A stretch of 64,000 bases of DNA from Promethearchaeota archaeon (lineage in GTDB: Archaea; Asgardarchaeota; Lokiarchaeia; Sigyniarchaeales; SOKP01): the NCBI GenBank assembly GCA_019057795.1, contig JAHLWS010000049.1, positions 32,001 through 96,000 of the forward strand, in the 5' to 3' direction. Under the pieces are notes generated by a model. The model was not told the DNA's origin. It did no database searches and worked only from the letters and a program-made list of their open reading frames with translations. The position numbers were made by a program, and so were the translations under genes. Shown here piece after piece: positions 61,514-64,000 of this stretch; within the stretch, counting starts at the first letter, position 1; each line of letters opens with the position of its first letter.

Positions 61514-62817
61514 TTTATAATTAAATTCTCTAAACCTATTTCTTTTTCAGCATATTCTTTTAAACCATGCCATTGGGCCTCAGTCGTACCAAAATACTTA
61601 AATATCGCGATACCTAAACCAAAATCAAAACCCTTCATTTGTCTTAACATTTCATAAATATTACACTCAACGGAGTTCGTGATAGCTAGAATCGGACTAT
61701 TGAATTCGTGAATTCTCTTTTTCATATTTCTCATAAAGTACCAATAAAAAAAACCACCCACCTTGCCCCAATACCATCCGTCGTCTCGTGTTCCCATTAA
61801 ATATGGGTATTCCATTGGAGATGCCACATCCAAAATTGAAGATAATTTTGCCCAATCTTGACCTAATCTTTTTTGCGTAAACATTTTCTTAGGACCAGGA
61901 AGGCAAAACCATCCTGAAATACAATTGCTATTAACGCTTTTTATTGCGTTCTGGAGCTTTTGTGCGTATTCTGCAATTGTATCTGATTTAAACCCATACC
62001 ATTCATGACTTGTTAGTAATTTTGCTTTAGGTCCATATTTAGTTCTAAATTTTTCTAAACACCGATGGCAAGCGCATAACTCCATGAAAGCTCCATCGTA
62101 TCTAATATAATCGGCAAAGAACCCTTTTATAGGATAGCTTTTTACGACTTCTTTTGTAAGCTCTAATAAATAATTAATATGCTCGCTATTAGGACACATA
62201 AAACTTGTAGAGGGTATATAACCCTTTCCTCTTGCTCCTCTTGCCTTCCCTTGCTTCTTATCTATGTTTTCTGTTAGAAAGGGAACTTTTGATTTATATT
62301 CTTTAAATGAAACATTCTCAGGTAATTCTACTCTCATTTCTCCCTCGTCGTGTGTTGAAATATCGCCTTTTCTATATTTTATACCATGCTTTTTTCCATT
62401 TTTCCCATGAACACTAACTCGTTCAGGATGTAAATTCCCTTGGTACGCGTCGTTCATGCTTGTAAAAGAAACCATTATTTTTATATTTCTATCCTTTCCA
62501 GCATCGCAAAACTCCCCCAATATATCTCTTCCAGTGGGATTCCATCCCACATCTGTATCCCACACGCATGCTCCATCAGTATCTTTGATAACAAGCCCAA
62601 AAACATTGAAGTGACACTTATCTAATTTATTAATAACTTCAATAATATTAAGTTTTTTTTCAGCAAATTCGTAATCTAACTTCCTAAAACCTTCGACTCC
62701 TCTAACTGGCATTAATCCCATAGCATATATTCTTCTCACGCCGAATGCTGATGTTACGGTTTCAAACTTCTTAGGGTCAAACTCAATATATTCTGACCAA
62801 TCAAATTTTCTTTTCAT
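61510..62817 (-). CDS. glycoside-hydrolase-like TIM barrel protein
   Basis: MCPNS, GFFADYIRY, CACHRC..KF, GQDW, SPMEY. Confidence 0.7.
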   Translation of the reverse strand: MKRKFDWSEYIEFDPKKFETVTSAFGVRRIYAMGLMPVRGVEGFRKLDYEFAEKKLNIIEVINKLDKCHFNVFGLVIKDTDGACVWDTDVGWNPTGRDILGEFCDAGKDRNIKIMVSFTSMNDAYQGNLHPERVSVHGKNGKKHGIKYRKGDISTHDEGEMRVELPENVSFKEYKSKVPFLTENIDKKQGKARGARGKGYIPSTSFMCPNSEHINYLLELTKEVVKSYPIKGFFADYIRYDGAFMELCACHRCLEKFRTKYGPKAKLLTSHEWYGFKSDTIAEYAQKLQNAIKSVNSNCISGWFCLPGPKKMFTQKRLGQDWAKLSSILDVASPMEYPYLMGTRDDGWYWGKVGGFFYWYFMRNMKKRIHEFNSPILAITNSVECNIYEMLRQMKGFDFGLGIAIFKYFGTTEAQWHGLKEYAEKEIGLENLIIN

Positions 62818-63072
62818 GTCTTCATCTCAATACACTCAAATTTTACTTTAATAAAATTAATTTAAATTTCTTAAATTTCCAAATTAGATAGTTTTTTAAC
62901 ATTGTTCTTTTAATAAATTTTTAAGACTATTTGATCTTTTAATAACAGATACACTTAAAGATTTATATTTGTAAATACGATTATTTATTATAGAAATCGA
63001 ATTAAAATATTTGTATAAATAGACGAAATATTTAAGATTTGAATTTGTGCTTGGGAGGAATACTGAACAAAA

Positions 63073-63603
63073 ATGTACGATGCAACCTTTAAGATCATTA
63101 TTTTTGGAGATGCTGGCTGTGGTAAGACCACTCTAACTCAGAGATTTTTGACTAATTTGTTTGTTTCTGATTCAAAAATGACCATTGGAGTAGATTTTGA
63201 GGTTAAGAGCTTAGAAGTTGACAAGCAGAAAGTAAAATTACAAATATGGGATTTTGGTGGAGAGGAGAGGTTTAGGTTTTTACTTCCTACATATGTTAGA
63301 GGCGCTCGGGGAGGTCTATTCTTATTTGATATAACAAATTATTCTTCCATCGCTCACATAGACGATTGGCTTAACGTTATTAGGAAAGAAATTCGAGCCG
63401 AGGATATATTTCCCATTATTGTAGTGGGCGGTAAAGCAGATTTAACAGAGAATAGGGAAGTTACAGCAGAAGACGGAATAAAAATTGCGAAATCGAGAAA
63501 TGTCGACGGTTTTATTGAAACTAGCTCTAAGACGGGAGAAAATGTTGAAAAAACGTTTGAGGCATTAACAAGGTTAATGCTTAATAATTCCAGAAGATAC
63601 TAA
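63073..63603 (+). CDS. Rab-like small GTPase with variant G3/G4
   Basis: GDAGCGKT, TIGVDF, WDFGGEERFR, GKAD, ETSSKTG. Confidence 0.92.
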   Translation: MYDATFKIIIFGDAGCGKTTLTQRFLTNLFVSDSKMTIGVDFEVKSLEVDKQKVKLQIWDFGGEERFRFLLPTYVRGARGGLFLFDITNYSSIAHIDDWLNVIRKEIRAEDIFPIIVVGGKADLTENREVTAEDGIKIAKSRNVDGFIETSSKTGENVEKTFEALTRLMLNNSRRY

Positions 63604-63690
63604 GTTAAAATAAAACTCATTTTTAAAGAATACCTTAAATCTTTTATTAAAGTATAATTTGATTACTACTATTTATTGAGAAGAATTTGG

Positions 63691-63999
63691 TTATTTATTA
63701 TTTACAGGAACCTTTTCAAGTATTCGTGTGTTAATTCTCCTATTTAAAACCATAGTCTGATATTCCATATCCTTCTTGTATAGGTTCGCAAACCTTAGAA
63801 GTTGTTCAATCATTTCGATTTCTTTATTTTCATCTCTGAAATAATATCCTCCAAAATTTGGGATTTCTGCGTACTTTTTCTTCAAACTTTCTTGTAATTC
63901 GCTAGGTAATACATCAGTTCTATCCTTTATTGCCAAATTTAAAGCTTCTGATAGTTCAATATATCTTTCTTGTTTACTAAACTGACACAAAATGCATTT
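63691..63999 (-). CDS. C-terminal part of a hypothetical protein (runs off the window)
   Basis: frame is open to the window edge upstream of 63990. Confidence 0.6.
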   Translation of the reverse strand, partial: KCILCQFSKQERYIELSEALNLAIKDRTDVLPSELQESLKKKYAEIPNFGGYYFRDENKEIEMIEQLLRFANLYKKDMEYQTMVLNRRINTRILEKVPVNNK

Positions 64000-64000
64000 T

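Noticed and set aside
665-62625. Numerous 60-120 aa ORFs antisense to or nested in recognised genes (e.g. 665-850, 1379-1729, 12530-12895, 24638-24997, 35361-35705, 47769-47999)
   Set aside because: They are shadow frames of well-supported genes and have no independent motifs.

Overview
AT-rich archaeal chromosomal segment, most consistent with an Asgard (Lokiarchaeia-like) genome. Supporting genes are four Rab-like small GTPases, longin/roadblock-like and V4R proteins, an eL22-like ribosomal protein and PSTK. Core archaeal genes include aIF2-gamma, TBP, TFS, Cdc48, ArgRS, deoxyhypusine synthase, form III RuBisCO with R15P isomerase, and a Tes-like radical SAM enzyme. No rRNA, tRNA, CRISPR array, integrase or transposase was recognised. 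The most notable observations are: (1) a protein with nine exact 35-aa repeats resembling actin-binding nebulin modules, in a neighbourhood of longin-like and polyproline/RING-like genes; (2) a ~4.5 kb island with three HEPN-motif (RxxxxH) proteins, a tandem-RHH regulator and palindromic operators, bounded by a 12-bp direct repeat; (3) a ~115-nt GC-rich multibranch structured element upstream of the Tes-like gene; (4) two Rab-like GTPase/V4R gene pairings, one V4R gene broken by a 29-bp CATG-rich insertion; (5) a QueE-fragment/PRTase relic; (6) probable ATA/ATT start codons. All family assignments come from motif recognition by eye; no searches were run.
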